This document shows positions 39,120 through 53,200 of a DNA stretch of 64,000 bases, piece by piece. Location of the stretch: the NCBI GenBank assembly GCA_050084985.1, contig JBITNC010000002.1, positions 13,144,001 through 13,208,000 of the forward strand. The letters run 5' to 3'. The notes below the pieces were generated by a model. That model was not told where the DNA came from. It worked only from the letters and a program-made list of their open reading frames with translations, and did not search any database. The position numbers and the translations under genes were made by a program. Source of the stretch: Nageia nagi (Eukaryota; Plantae; Pinophyta). Numbering within the stretch: position 1 is the first letter of the stretch; every line of letters starts with the position of its first letter.

Positions 39120-42100
39120 TGCAATGAATAAGAGGCCACCTCCTCGCCCCTTAAAGTCTTGGGTTCATGTCGTAACCTAGGAAAACCCAAAAAAACATAT
39201 CGAAGTTGATTTAGAGACAAAAATAATATACAAGGCTCAAATTACCATCTGAAATAGATTTTGAGTTTGGAAGAAGACAAAAGAAAGAATACTTTGATTA
39301 GTCGATTTGTGGGACTTTACCCTGATTAGGATGAAATTTGAAGATGCACAATTGAATGATAAATGACTACAAGAGCAATTGAAATTATCATGTTACCTAA
39401 GGAATTTTTATTCTTCAAATTATAGAATGAAAAAGATCTTACTAACATTTTAGAGTTGGGCCCATGGTTCCTTCGCAAAAAAGGATTAGTTCTAAAAAAA
39501 TGGCAGATTTTGTCCAAAAATAGAAAATATCAACTTGATACGAACATGGGTAAGCTTCCTTGGATTGTTGTTGAAATATTGAAATGTAAACATTTTAGTT
39601 GTTATGGCTAGAATCATTAGTGAAATGATTGCTTTTGATAAAACTACCAAAATTGAGAAAAGTGTGACAAAAGTTAGAGTATGTGTCAATATTAACATAA
39701 CCAAAGAACTTAGAAAGGAAATCATTTTGGATGAAGAAGGTGGTGGAACTTGGGAACAAATTGTTATCTATGAAAATCTTCCAATTAGATGTGGAATATA
39801 TAATAAATTTGATCGCTACACTCGTGAATGTCTAGATAAAAAAAGTGCAAAATAATAACGAGGAGAGAATAAATGAAAGAAAGCATGATATAAGGGATGA
39901 CATGAGAGAATGGCACTCTGATGTAAGACAAGCCCAAAGAACCTCGATGCAAGGCCAAAACCCTACTACAACATTAAGGAATCATGGCCAAATTATAGCA
40001 TGGATTACGAAGGATAATCTTGCATGTGGAGAAATTAGGTTTGAAGAAATACATGATGAGAGATATAATTTAGAAGCAATTGGGATGGACCTTGATGAAT
40101 TGGAAAGGATGAGAAAATGTTAAAGATAGGACCAAGAAGAGTAGGTCAAACCAAATGAAGAAGGCTTTGTCCCAAAGAGATCAATAATAAACTCAAGAGA
40201 GTTTCCTAATGTGGGACAAAATCTGCTTGGTAGACCTACAAAGAAGCATCTTAGAGATAAGAAAACCTTGGAAGAAATTGCCAATGGGCTTAAAAGTACT
40301 CTAGAGAAGAATGAGTTGGGTATTTTAACCCCTCAAAACTCTCAATGAAAGTATTAAGTTGGAATATAAATAGTTGCAATGCTCCTGATAGACACATGAT
40401 CTTGGAGGACCTCTATAAGGAACTTAGACTTGATATGATTCTAATCCAGGAGTCTAAGTTGAAAAATGATAGAGTTTTGGGAATTATGAAAAAAGTTTTA
40501 AAATGTGTTTTGTGAGTGGAAAGAAGCAATTGGCTTTGCTGGAAGATTGGCAACTTTATGGAATTTGGAGACTATCGAGGTTTCAAGGATCCCCTTAACA
40601 CATCCATATAATATTTACTTACATTCTTTTTGTACATTCATTGACTCTAATTTTTCCTTTTTTGTTACAAATTTGTATGCACCAAATGATCCCCTTGAAA
40701 GGAGAAGGCTCTTTGAATTCTCATCTTTGGAAAGAAAATATTTCAAGGACCCCCCTTGGTTAATGATGGGGGATTTCAACACCCTATATTCTCTCATGAA
40801 AAAAGGGAGGTGATGTTATCAATAGAAGTAATATCGATGATCTCATAAACTTCATGATAGAAAATAAATTGATCGATCTTGATCTTATTGGTTGTGATTT
40901 CACCTGGCATAATGCTAGAATTGAAGAGAACAACATTTGATCAAAGATTATATATAGCTATCTATTCATCTGGTCGGATTACCCAATTTCCAAACCATAC
41001 TTTATTGACAAAAAATAAATTTCAATATGATCATACACCCATATTCCTTCAAGCTACTTACTTTTAGAATAAGAATTATCCCTTCAGATACATTAAGGCA
41101 ATGTGGTTATCTCGTTATAAAATCTATGACAAAATTCAAGAGTGGTGAGATATTAATATCAAAGGAACTAACATGTATCAATTAGAGGAAAAACTAGAAC
41201 ATATAAAGAAAAAAAGTAAAAGAGTGGAATAGGAATGTTTTCAAGAATCTGGATAGAAGAAAAGAAGACATAAAATTTGAAATGGAACAATTAGAAAGAG
41301 TTATTCAATTTGAAGGAAGATATCAAGAAATGACAAAAAAGAAAAAGAATTCAATAAGATCATGATAAATGAGTAAACTTATTGAAAATAAAAATATAGG
41401 ATTTATTGGCTTAAAGAAGGAGATAGAAACAAAAATAATTTCAAGATCACAACCATGAGAAGAAGAGACTTCAATAAAATCATATATATTAAAAATGATA
41501 ATGATAGTTTGGTAACAAACCCCACTAATATGAAAGATAAAATTGTGAACTTATACAAAAACTTATTAACTCCTAAAAGAATGGATGATCTAGTTGTAGT
41601 TAAAAATGTTATTAAACATATCCCCAACCTAATTAATCAAGAAGTCAATATGAAGTTGATTGCCCCCTTCATTGAGTAGGAGATTGAAGATGTTATCCTC
41701 CAAATGGGGAAAGACAAGGCACCTAGCCTAGATGGCTTCTTTGCTATGTTCTTTCAATTATGTTAGGACATTGTAAGATCTGATATCATTACAACTATCA
41801 ATGAATTTCACCAAAATGAAGCTCTGCTACAAAGTTGGAATACCACATTTCTTATTTTTATCCCAAAAGTTTGTGGGGGCTCTAATTTAAAAGATTTTCA
41901 TCCTTTTATCCTATGCAATATTGTTTACAAGGTGATCACCAAAGTTTTGGCTAATAGAATGAATAATATTTTACCTAAAATCTTATCAATTGAACAAAAT
42001 GGACACATTCATGTTAGGAAAATTATGGGTGACATCATTATGATGCATGAGACCCTCCATTCCATCAAGATCAAAAGGGAATCAAATATGTTAATCATTT
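39120..42100 (+). mobile_element. L1-type LINE pseudogene: ORF1 (~39120-40340), ORF2 endonuclease and 5' part of RT (40345-~42100), 3'-truncated
   Basis: GPWFL..YENLPIRC; MKVLSWNI, ILIQES, NLYAP, WLMMGDFN, DHTPI; KAPSLDGF, ITKVLANR, IMMHETLHSI. Confidence 0.9.
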
Positions 42101-42329
42101 TAAAAAGAACATTTTCTTTTTACAATTGTATACACGAGAGAAGCTACTTGGATTTCATCATCAAGAGTTTATTCTCACAAATAGAGCCATAAATAGGTAT
42201 CTTGGACTTTATCACCAAGGACCTAGGCTATACTCTAATTTCATCATCAAGATAGTTTTCACTTAGGTAATTGTTTTAGGTGATTTTAAATAGTAGAAGA
42301 TGATGGTTTTAATTGATAAATTCTTGGAT

Positions 42330-43906
42330 CATTATAATTTTAGGTGATGATATCAAGGCACAAAACTACTAAGGGGCAATATTTAGACTTACGAGTATGT
42401 GTGAGATCAATTTTGACAACAACATGTAGTACTATGCATAGAGAAATATGTGTGACTTGTTTGTTATGAATAGAAGTTTTGAAGACTTGCATATGTAATA
42501 GAGAAAAAAAGTAGGTTATGTGATCTATTGTAGGCTACATTCTTGCCTTATGAAGAACACTCATTGATATTTATTATTTGAGTTTAAATGTGATTATCTC
42601 CCTTCTGTGCATGAGGTAGAAGTACTTTGACATGTTACCAACAACAATCTTTCAAAACTATGAGTACACGAAGATTCTAATCAATAGAAAACCCATGAAA
42701 TGTTGTTGAGATGTGTAACAAATAATTCCTTAGAGAATATGTTAGTGTTGAGAGGAACTAAAGATTTGCATGTCCAAAAATCCACATAGACTTGTTTAAA
42801 GTGAAACATGATATATATATATATATATATTGCAAAGTTATTTATCATTATAAATAATAATGTTGGAGATTTATTTTGAAGAGGATGATAATTATTTTGT
42901 TATTCAAGCTTTACCATACAATCATTTTTAGGGTCTAGAGGGTACTTCAAAGACCATGGTGATATCTAGTTTTTAATTGAATATGTTCATTTGTTTTATT
43001 TATGCCCTAGAGTGCATTATCAAGGGAACCCGATACTCTTACCATTGCTTTTATTGATGGAAGAAATACACTTTTGATTAAGGGTAAAAGTTTCTAAAAC
43101 TTTTTTGTTTGCATGCTTAGATGTGTTAGTTCGCAGTCACTCTTTTTGTTGAATGGATGTGTTTGTCTCCATTCACACATGGATTGTAGGCTACTAAAAA
43201 ACATGAGTGATGACTGAATTCTATGATATGTCATAATAGTTTGTTACAATTTGCATGCTACTAGATGGTTGTAATGACAAAATAGTTTATTGTGATTTAT
43301 ATGTTGTTGGATGGTTGTGTCATGAGATGTACCTAATTATTGAAGGTTTCCAAAGCTTGAGATGGTTGGATGTGTTTGTCCTTGATCATGGTAGTTGTAA
43401 ACATATGTATTTTTCCATGTTTACACCTTGTTGTTTGATCATGGGTAGATGAGTTTGTCCCTATTATTGGTTATTTGGTAAATGGCCAGTCATTATCATA
43501 TGAAGAATGGAAGAGTGGTTATGCCCAATTATTACCACATGGCTTTTAAAGGTTTGAAGATCAATGAGCCCATTGCCATTGTAGATGGTTTGAAGATCAA
43601 TGAGCCCACTACCACTAAATATGGTTTGAACATCAAGTAATGACAAAATGTAGATCTTTTTCATTAGGTGGGGGTGTTAGAGATATTAATGTTAGAGAAA
43701 ATTATATAATAAACTAGGTAATGTGTTTGATGATTTATTAGGTAGTTATAATACGAGTTAATAAGTCAATCCAATTTGTTAACAGGTTTTTTAGAAGGTT
43801 GTAAAAAATTTCTTGTAAGTTAATGTCCAATATCCATTTATTTATTTGATGAATCATAAATTATAATGCAGATATTATTTGTTTTGGCCCTTCCATATTT
43901 TCAATA
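42330..43906 (+). mobile_element. Decayed Copia 3' end (RNase H relic, 3' UTR, PPT, LTR from 43675)
   Basis: Weak RNase H-like traces 42340-42670; PPT-like AGGTGGGGG immediately before TGTTAGAG at 43675. Confidence 0.45.
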
Positions 43907-44183
43907 GTTTGTAAGAGTAATATTTAGGAAAATAATAATAATCATAAAGATGCAAAATGGACACTCCCACGAAGGAAATTCCATAACTACTTTTTAATGT
44001 ATTTATTCTCATATCTTGGATGTAACAAATCACTTTTTGCTTTTGGAGTTAATGGATTTACACACAAGGTATGTTCTCTTGATTTTTTTTTTGTTTTAAT
44101 TTTTAAATGCCATGTCTATTTTCTTAATTTATTCAAATGTCATGTCGAATAACAAGGATTGAATAATATTGTTGGACAAGGAT

Positions 44184-44470
44184 TAAGCCTTATCAAATGA
44201 TATGGTTGAAGCCTTATCGAATGTCATGGCTCAAGCCTTATCAAATGAAAAAGTTCAACTTTTCAAACCTTGTTGAATGACATTTCTTAAGCCTTGTCAA
44301 ATTACATGGACGAAGCCTTATCAAATAACATAGATCAAGCCTTGTAGAATGGCATGGTTTGTCTTGGTCGTTATGGCTTCCACTTAACCTAAGCCTTTCG
44401 ACATGGCTAAATCCATGCCATTCAACAAGGCTTAAACCTTATCGTTTGACAAGGCTTATACCTCATCATT
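44184..44470. repeat. ~24-bp degenerate minisatellite (AAGCCTTATCAAATG..ATGG), probably DNA-transposon subterminal repeats
   Basis: AAGCCTTRTC motif recurs about ten times at ~24-bp spacing. Confidence 0.65.
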
Positions 44471-44703
44471 TGATAAGTAAAATTAACAAAAAAAGTGGGA
44501 TTTATATGCAACTATATTTGATTTTAAAGTATTGTTGGATTTAGCCTCCAATTTTTAAGTATTCATGATTTTTTTCAAATATACCTAAGCAAATAATCAT
44601 TTTTAAAACTATAGACCATTTTTCAAGGGGGGTTCTATATTGCCACGATTTTATAAGTAAGTTTTTGGGAGTGGGTCGTAAAATTTACCCTAAATGCAAA
44701 GGG

Positions 44704-44905
44704 TTTTTTTTGTTTTAGGTTTGAGTAGTCCTAGAACCCATGGATAGGGTTATGCAATCCCCTACCATCCATATCCCTTATAAGGCCAAAAACTACACTT
44801 ATTACTAGGGGATGCACACACAACCATACTCAAACACCCATGCAATAATTTGAACCTTGGACTTACCATAAAAGAGCCAAGTTGCAATCCATTATGCTAT
44901 CCCCT
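44704..44905 (-). mobile_element. tRNA-derived SINE
   Basis: Minus strand GGGGATAGCATAATGG (A box) ... AAGGTTCAAATT (B box, 44848-44856); ends in an A-rich tail at ~44704-44716. Confidence 0.65.
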
Positions 44906-46141
44906 AAGGTTATGTTGGCTAGACTTTTCACATAGAAAACAAGATCAAATCTACTTAAGTACATGTACTCTACTAGATCAAACATTCTTCCACATCACCA
45001 TTTTCGTTTAAGAATTAAAAATCATGAATATTTAAATACTACATCACAAAATTGGTAATAAAATTTAACATCCCAACCAAATTGCCCCTAACAAATTTAC
45101 TACATGCTTCTTGAAATTCAATGACTTCTAACATTATTTTCAAGGTATTAATTGATTATGCAATCCAAATATTATATGGGATAGACCCTTCACATAAAAA
45201 TAAGATCAAATTCCATAAATTATATATCCTCCATGGTTGGATCAAACTTTCTTACCAATCTTCATTATTAACACACACACACAAATAAATTATATATAAA
45301 TTGAAGATGAAGTTCAACTTCTTAACCAAATAACCACTAACAAATTTCATTCTTGTTTCTTCAAAATTCAATGAATTCTACTATTATTCTTGAGGTATCA
45401 TAGATTATTTTATTCACATGCTTGAATCTAAATTTTATCTTCTTCACAAAGTTGATTTTCAAGTTTTTATTATGCCTGCCTTAACACCCATTTTGAAATA
45501 TGTTTCCATATAAATAATTCATTTGGAAGGTTTGAATAGATCCATGTAATCTCTACATGCAACCAAGGTAAGCCCTTGTATTATTTTTTTTGTAATCAAT
45601 TTGTCCACTCATAATTCAATGAAGTTTAACACAAAACAATAGAAGCATACTAACTCAAAATAATAAGCACTATATTTACAGAGCCTTAGACCAAAGTTGA
45701 TAAATTGATGAGCAAATGAGCTTAGAATAAGGTAAAACAAATATGGTTAGAAATAACTCAATAAATGGTATTCAAAAATGTAAAAATATTAAATATTGGA
45801 CTTTGGGTTTAGAAGAATCAAAGTGTTGAACAAAGTGCCAAAGTTTGGGGCAAAAATACTAAAACATGATTTTTTGAGGTGAAAATGAAGCACCAAACAT
45901 AAATAAAATAGCATGTGTGATATATTGATGAAAAGAGATTGATAAGACCTTTCCAATGATGTATCACGTTCTACAAATGAAGCAACATAGAAAAAGTTAT
46001 TAAGTTCAAAAGTAAGATATTCAAACTTTTATAAAATCTAGACTACAATGTAATAAAGCATAATAGGTTGGAAAAATGAATTTTTCTGCATTCAATTTAT
46101 GTCTCCACACTTTGAAAACTTAAACAATACAATGGAATAAT

Positions 46142-46470
46142 TGTTAAGTATTTAAGAATAATTAAAACTAAAGAATCTACGTTGTTACATGTAAAGTAAC
46201 AAACTGACAAAAATTATTACATGCTAACTTATTCCTACTATTACATATTCTTTTGCTTTACAGTTACAAAAGAAGTTTCACATTTATTTTTCTAATCCAA
46301 AAATACTACATGGTCAATATCATATTCTAACACTCTCCCCCTTCATGCTAAGAGGGCTCACAAGTGAGTTTCTTAACTTCAAAATTTGAGCTTTAGCAAC
46401 ACCTTTAGTAAATCTGCCAGTTGATCATGGGTGCTGCAATATTTCAATTCAACTTATTTCTTTTCCATCA
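46142..46470 (-). mobile_element. Copia 3' fragment (RNase H C-terminus, PPT, ~190-bp LTR 46142-46332)
   Basis: VELKYCSTHDQLAD..TKG; PPT GAAGGGGGAGAG directly followed by TGTTAGAATATG...CTTAACA. Confidence 0.75.
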
Positions 46471-47718
46471 TATCACAAACCCCATAGTAGGTTTATCGCT
46501 CTCCAATTCTCTAAGCATATCCACTATTGGATCACATATTTTAAAAACTTTTAAAGCACTATTCCAAAAAGTGGGATTCAAAATTGTAGATTCCACCAAT
46601 TTCCCTTTTGCAAAATTTGAAAGAGAACTTCTTTCCCACTCTTCATGATAAACAACATATTTTAAAGTTGATTTTTGATCAACAACCCTTTGCAAAGTGA
46701 TGTAAAATATTACAAAACTTGTATCAAAAGGCCTCAAAAGTTCTTTAGATGCTTTTTCTCTGTAGAGGTTTAATGTAAGACAATGGTTGAATATGAAGTT
46801 GGCTATTGTTGTTTCCCTTAGAATCACCTCATGAACCCATGCAAGCTTTGCTAAATCATGAAGAAGAAGATCAATGTAATGAGTAGTACATAGAGTCCAA
46901 TAAATTGTTGGAAACTTCTCCATGACCATCTTTTCAGTACCCACACAATTTGTTGCATTATTTGTTACAATTTAGACAATATTTTCTGGTTCAACTTCAA
47001 CTATTACCTCATTTAAAATTTTGAAAATGTACTCTGATGTTTTGACTACCTTCGATGCATCAATGGCCTTAAGAACACTACATCTTAAGGACATGACACC
47101 CAACCATCACTCATAATAGGACAACCTGTATGACTCCAAGACTCTTTGATTGAAGATAAGTTATTAGTTACCTTTTCCTTTGCTCTTTGGAGAAGAGTAC
47201 CCCTCAATACTCCAAATTTAGGTGGCCTATATCCCTTACCATACTCTACACTTTTTTTGATTGCATTGATAAAATAAAGATTATTTGCAACATTAAAAGG
47301 GATGGTACATGCATAAAATGCATCGGCCTATGGATCATCAACTTCTTATTTTTCAATCAGTTTCAAAAATTTATTTAATGTCCCAACCCCACTTGAACTT
47401 GGACTTGGCCTAATATTCGAAGATGTAATAAAAGAAGATATAAAAATCTCCCTTTCTACCCTTTACCTCTTTCCTAAGAGTTTATCTTTGTTTTTTTGTA
47501 AAGCTTCGTGTTCCATTTCAATATTTTTTTTTAATTTTGGAGTTATTTTTTTACAGCCCTCCACACCACCTCCTCGACCATTGCTTGAGGAAAGCAAATG
47601 GTCTACAACTCGTATCAACGAGCCTATGAATTTATGTCCATAGTGAACATGTCAATTTACTAAGATCTGTAAATCTTCTTGTCATGTATTTCCAAGCCTC
47701 TGCATTTGATTTTCCCAT
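46468..47718 (-). pseudogene. hAT transposase relic (BED finger + DUF659-like)
   Basis: MGKSNAEAWKY..; VTNNATNCVG; KFPTIYWTLCTTHYIDLLLHDL; ELLRPFDTSFVIFYITLQR; FW..PIVDMLRELESDKPTMGFV. Confidence 0.85.
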
Positions 47719-48619
47719 GCCATTAGTTACTTTTCTGTAATATATATATATACTTTCTACAATTAAATATAAAGTTTTATATGAATGTGTTATTATTAAA
47801 AAAATCAATAAAATAAAAATTTACTTCCTATATTTTAGAGAAAAAATGATTTAATATTAAAATACATTAAAATTATTTTTATATTAAAATAAAAATACAT
47901 TAAATATAAAATAAAAATTATATTAATGAAAACTACATTAAATAAATTAAAATTAAAACAAATTTAAAGAAATTTAAATTAAAATTAAAACAAATTTAAA
48001 GAAATTTAAATTAAAATGTAAAGAAATTTAAATTAAAATCAAAACAAATTTAAGTTAAGAACTATTCACATTAAAACATAAAAATACAAAACAAATTTAA
48101 GTTGAGAACTATTCAAATTAAAACATAAAAATACAAAACAAAGTTAAATTAAAAACTATTCGAATGAAAAAAAACGGTTGCATGTTATAAATTTATGATT
48201 AATTTAGGCTGAATTAAATGTTTTAAAATTAACGTTACGGAGTCGGGACATTACCGGTCTGCAGTCGAGGCAAAGACCTGGGAGGAGGCGGAGCTAAGCC
48301 TGGCTGGACGACTATAAGCAACAAAGCAGACTTGTGATTGAAGCAGACGGACTGCAGACGGGTCTGAAGCATGAAGTGCAGAAACCCTCCATCGCAATCA
48401 CACAATCACTGTGATTGACGAATGCCTAGGCTGCAAACAGATTTAAATCCAAACTCTACATAGAAAAAATATGAGAAGGGTGAAAGGGAAGGAAATAAAA
48501 TTGCAATTTGCAAATGTGAAGGAAATAAAATAAAGCCATGAACCTGAACCAGAGAACAAGCATCGACTTCGAACCAGAGAACAAGCATCGACTTCGAGAG
48601 CTTCAGGTGTTGTAGATTT

Positions 48620-50274
48620 TGTTGGGAGTTTTTTCTTTCCTACCTTGCTAATGTGCAAATGAGCTTGCAAGGCTTGCCAGAAGACACCAACACCTAGGTG
48701 ATAGGGCATGACCCCTACCCGGTATGAGGATTGGTTACGTCAAAGGTCCTGTGATGGAATGTGCAAGAGGTTGCTCAAGAGACTGGTTGAGATGTTTGAA
48801 GCTGTTTCCAACTCAAATATAATTTGTTAACTAAGGACTCATAGGGTCCTTGTCTCTACAAATAGTTGTTTCTCAAAAGAAAAAGAAAAATAGCTACGAA
48901 AGCTGTGCAAAAAAAATAGAAAAAAATAAGGAAAAAGGTAGATTAGACTAGGGTTTATGAATCTGGCACAGGTGTCTATGGTTCCACTGACAGGTGCATA
49001 GGATTGGGGTTTGCTTCTCTTGGCCGTGATTCAGGTTCCATGCACTCTGTGTCCACTTTACTAGCCAACAACGCAAATGGACTAGTAAAAGGAGCTTAAA
49101 GTAATGGCAAGGGTGGTAGAAGGTAGTTCGTGGGTAGATCTTCGAGTGTGGAGTGAAGTTCTTAAACTAAACATCATAAGAGAGAGCCATCACAAAATGG
49201 CTCATGTCTTGTTATGCAAACTATGAAATTATCACAAGTCAAGTTTTACTCAAATCACTTCAGGAGATATTCAACTACTCTTTCATCCACTTCAACAAAG
49301 TTTATGAGTTGATCCAAGTAACTTGAATAAGACAATATAACAATAGCATTCATCCACTCAAAGTGCACAAATAATATTCATAGTCCCATCAAATGAAACC
49401 ATTCACCATTCAATTACTTGAAATCACACCACTTTCACAAATGGAGCAAACTTGCTTAATTGGCAATATAACTAAGTCTCTCACAAATGCAAAGTGTCTA
49501 ATCCTTTACAAATGAGCCCAAATGGGCTATAAATAGTTTTCTTGACAACTCTAGATGTTGCCTTAACCCTAATTCCAAAATACGAGAAAATACACATAGT
49601 TCAACTACAAATTGCCACATGACATTACAAGGTTTCTTCTAAACTTGTAGGAGCAAATCTTCATCCATCACAAATTTGAGAATTAAATAATAAATATAAT
49701 AAAGTATCTTATCAAAATAAATGCCATTTTCTTGAAAATAAAATAAAATTGATAATTGTGACTAAAATGATGGTGGTTCGAAGACCACAACTCGTTCTTC
49801 AAAAGTTCCAGTCTGTGTAGCATCTCCAAAATCTTTGGCCTAATCTTAGCAACACAACATCCAACTTCTGTAGTTAGACTTTACATCTCAATGGAAGTGG
49901 TCATGATGCTCAAGTGGATGACGAGATTCTCCAAGAGTGATGTGTGGGTCTTCTAGGGATGAGGCTACCCAACGTTGCTTATCTTATCTCCTAACTCCTT
50001 GTGCAAGCCCTAGGAAGCAATGGGACAGATTCCAAACTTAAAACTAGTCTTCTTCTGCAATTTTGGCACAAGGGTAGAAGAGTGCAATTTGAATTTGAAA
50101 AAAAGATGGTCTTCAAGCTTGTATTTATAGCTGAATTTGGTCTCCCAAACACCATAGTCGACCATGCATGAGGAAAAATCCATCCTGGCAATCCATATGG
50201 TTGTCCTCGGGATGTGTGCACATCTAGAATACCATGACCAACCATCCAAAACCAGACATGGGGGTTTTGTAACA
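48620..50274 (-). mobile_element. Large (~1.65-kb) LTR, probably the 3' LTR of a minus-strand retrotransposon inserted in the hAT 5' region
   Basis: Minus-strand termini TGTTACAAAACCCCC...CTCCCAACA and LTR-like composition; partner LTR not in window. Confidence 0.5.
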
Positions 50275-53200
50275 CCTCCAGGCCTAGCGCATGCTCATAA
50301 AAGATAATATTTTGTCTTTCTGGATTATGCGCCAACCCCAGGGGTGGATGCTCTTCCTATGTGATGACCTAAAATCACCTTCAGCAAAAATGACTACAAC
50401 TATGATGCTCAACCCCTCAACAAAAGATGGCAACACACCCATGTTGGGCCCCTAGGGCACCCAAACTCCTCACAATGCAAACGTGAGCCTCCCAAGGCCT
50501 CCACGCAACCCCTACACCCTAACGTAACCCTTTAGGGCACACACCAACACTTGGCACCTCAACGAATGCCTCACAAATGAATATGGAATGCTTGAACACC
50601 CACGAATGGAATAAAGCTTTCAACACCAGTATAGAAGAGACACACATGCACAAATAATGCACAACACAATGGAGAGAGACACAAGCTGTATTTTATTATG
50701 GAATGGTATGGAGTACAATGAGGATCTCAATATCCCGATCTAGGGTTCCAAACCCTCTACTAGCCAAACACCACAGGAAAGACTCACTCTCTCAAACTTC
50801 GAATCCTCTCCTACAAAGGAGCCTCCTCAAACCTTGGCAACCATTGAAGGTAGAAGCTCACCCTCGGAATACCACCAGATGGACTACGTGACCCACCTAA
50901 GTCATAGAATGCCAGGTTGCCAACCCTATCACTTCTTTAGACACCGTCTAAGAATAATGCTTGGCATCGCCAAGACTTTTCTATCCGATCAGGATTTGTA
51001 TAGAAGTATAATCAATAGCTAACCTCATCATGGAGTTCCATCCTCTATATAGTCTGTGCTAGATCTCACCTAGGAATCATGTGCATGCCTCTCTATTCCA
51101 ATGTTACCTAGGGATACCTGTAATCACAATATCCAACAGTTAGATATGCAATGCCTTCGAATCATGCACTACAACTTAGACAAGCGGTCTCATTCCTATT
51201 GCTACATGCATTGAATACACAACACAACATACTCATCTCCCAAGGAGTGGGATGTCACATTCCAAGGAGTCAATATGGGGCTATTCATAGAATTATGTGG
51301 GTGGCCATGAAGTGGAAGATTGGTCTGGCTGGCAAACTTCAAAAGACCATAACTCCATTTCTTAATGAAACCATGTTGCGTGACCTGTCAAAACGTTTCC
51401 CATGAGATGCCTATCCAAAGAACCAATCATATCAACTCACCAAGACCTATGGCAAACTCTACCTTTTGAAAGGGAAAGGGGATGTTACAAGGATTCCCAC
51501 AATCCGAGATTACCCATACACACAACACTACATTGGGATACCCACAATCTGGGATTACCTATACACATAACACAACATCACTACTCAAGGGGAGATGTCC
51601 CATTTTTGGGCTCATAGTGGGTCCACAGACCATAAGCTCCTACTTGAGTTACACATATACAACATGAACATGAACAACACCTAGAATACAAAGAAGCCAT
51701 GATACAATTGTTCATTAGCTCAAATGGGATGTCACAAAGCCTCCCCTCTCAAATTGCTCACCCTCAAGCAATCGCAAAAGATCACAACACCTAGTCCTTA
51801 CTACATTCGTAGAAACTGTCAACTAAAACACATGGTGATGGAATGCAACTTCAACATGTACCACACTATATGAAAATGAGGAATGAACAGTTGGAGCTCC
51901 ATGCTCTCATCGTAAGGCAAGTGGCAAACTCCTTAGTCTGCTATGTATGTCCTCCCTCAGTAACTACTCTATAATAATCCTCCATAGCCATAGTGGCGTA
52001 TTCACATTAAGGCTGAGTTGTACTTGCAAAACCCTTGGAAATATAAATGTTAACATGGGATCAGTAGAGCCTAGGCTCCTTTCAGGTAGCAGGTCCACCT
52101 CCAAACTCAACTTAGAAACTCCCAGGATCCTCATGGCCAATATAAGGTGAGACACCATCTCATCCTCCAACTCCTAAAACCTCCATTAGGAGAATGCAAC
52201 CCCCCTCAGGCTCCATGATGGGTGCCCATCACCCTAATGCCTCCAATCAACAGTCCCAAACTCCTACATCCTCAACGTGGAGCTCCAATCCTCCTAGATG
52301 CCCAATGTGGTAAGACAATCCTCCCAAATGCTCAACATGGGATGGCTACTCAAACTACTCAACATGGGTGGGAAAGGCACCTGAATGCTCAACACACATA
52401 CATCAAACTCGTCCTCTAGCATGTGCACAATAGTCCTCATACCATCATTGACACATACAATAATAGTATATCTACTAACAATAGTCAAAGAGACATCATT
52501 CTTAGTTCTCAACTCATGCAAGATAGCTCTCAAATCAATATATGCAAGGATAGTCCCATGCATCATCAAAACAACCCTCTTCTCCATCATCAACTGTCAT
52601 CAAACTATCCTCAAGAAGTGGCATGAATACAAACCCAAAATCTGTAGGATATGCAGTCCATGAAGTCTTCAATGATGTGTTAACAACAATACCTAGATCG
52701 ATTGCTGCAAATGCAACAACCACCCCTAAGCAAGTGGCAGATGCGGCCCCTTACATAATCCAATCAAACACAACCTACATGTCATCAAGTGCAACTCTTA
52801 AGACATGAATGGAACCTTCCAAAAATGCAATCATTGTCCCTGTGTCAACATCAACCAATACACTAACATGTGCTGCCCATAGTAAGCGATTGACAACCCT
52901 CAAACTATCATAAGATGATGCATCTATAACCCTTCTTAACTTGGGAACCAATACACCTCCAAGTGTAGCCTCAAGAGTGTTGAGAAACGCAACCTTACCT
53001 ATGTGAACAACAACTTAAAACCCATCAAATGCATCAGTCCCATGTATAACAATGTTAGCATTTTCTTCCTCTCTTGCAACCATCATAACATCATCAAATG
53101 CAACCCATAATTAGTGAATAACAACTTCAAATTCATCAAATGAATTAGTACCATGTATGACAACATTAGTGTTTGCTCATCCTCTTGCAACAATCATAAC

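Noticed and set aside
44840-44905. tRNA gene
   Set aside because: A and B boxes are present but there is no acceptor or anticodon stem; the tail and length fit a SINE.
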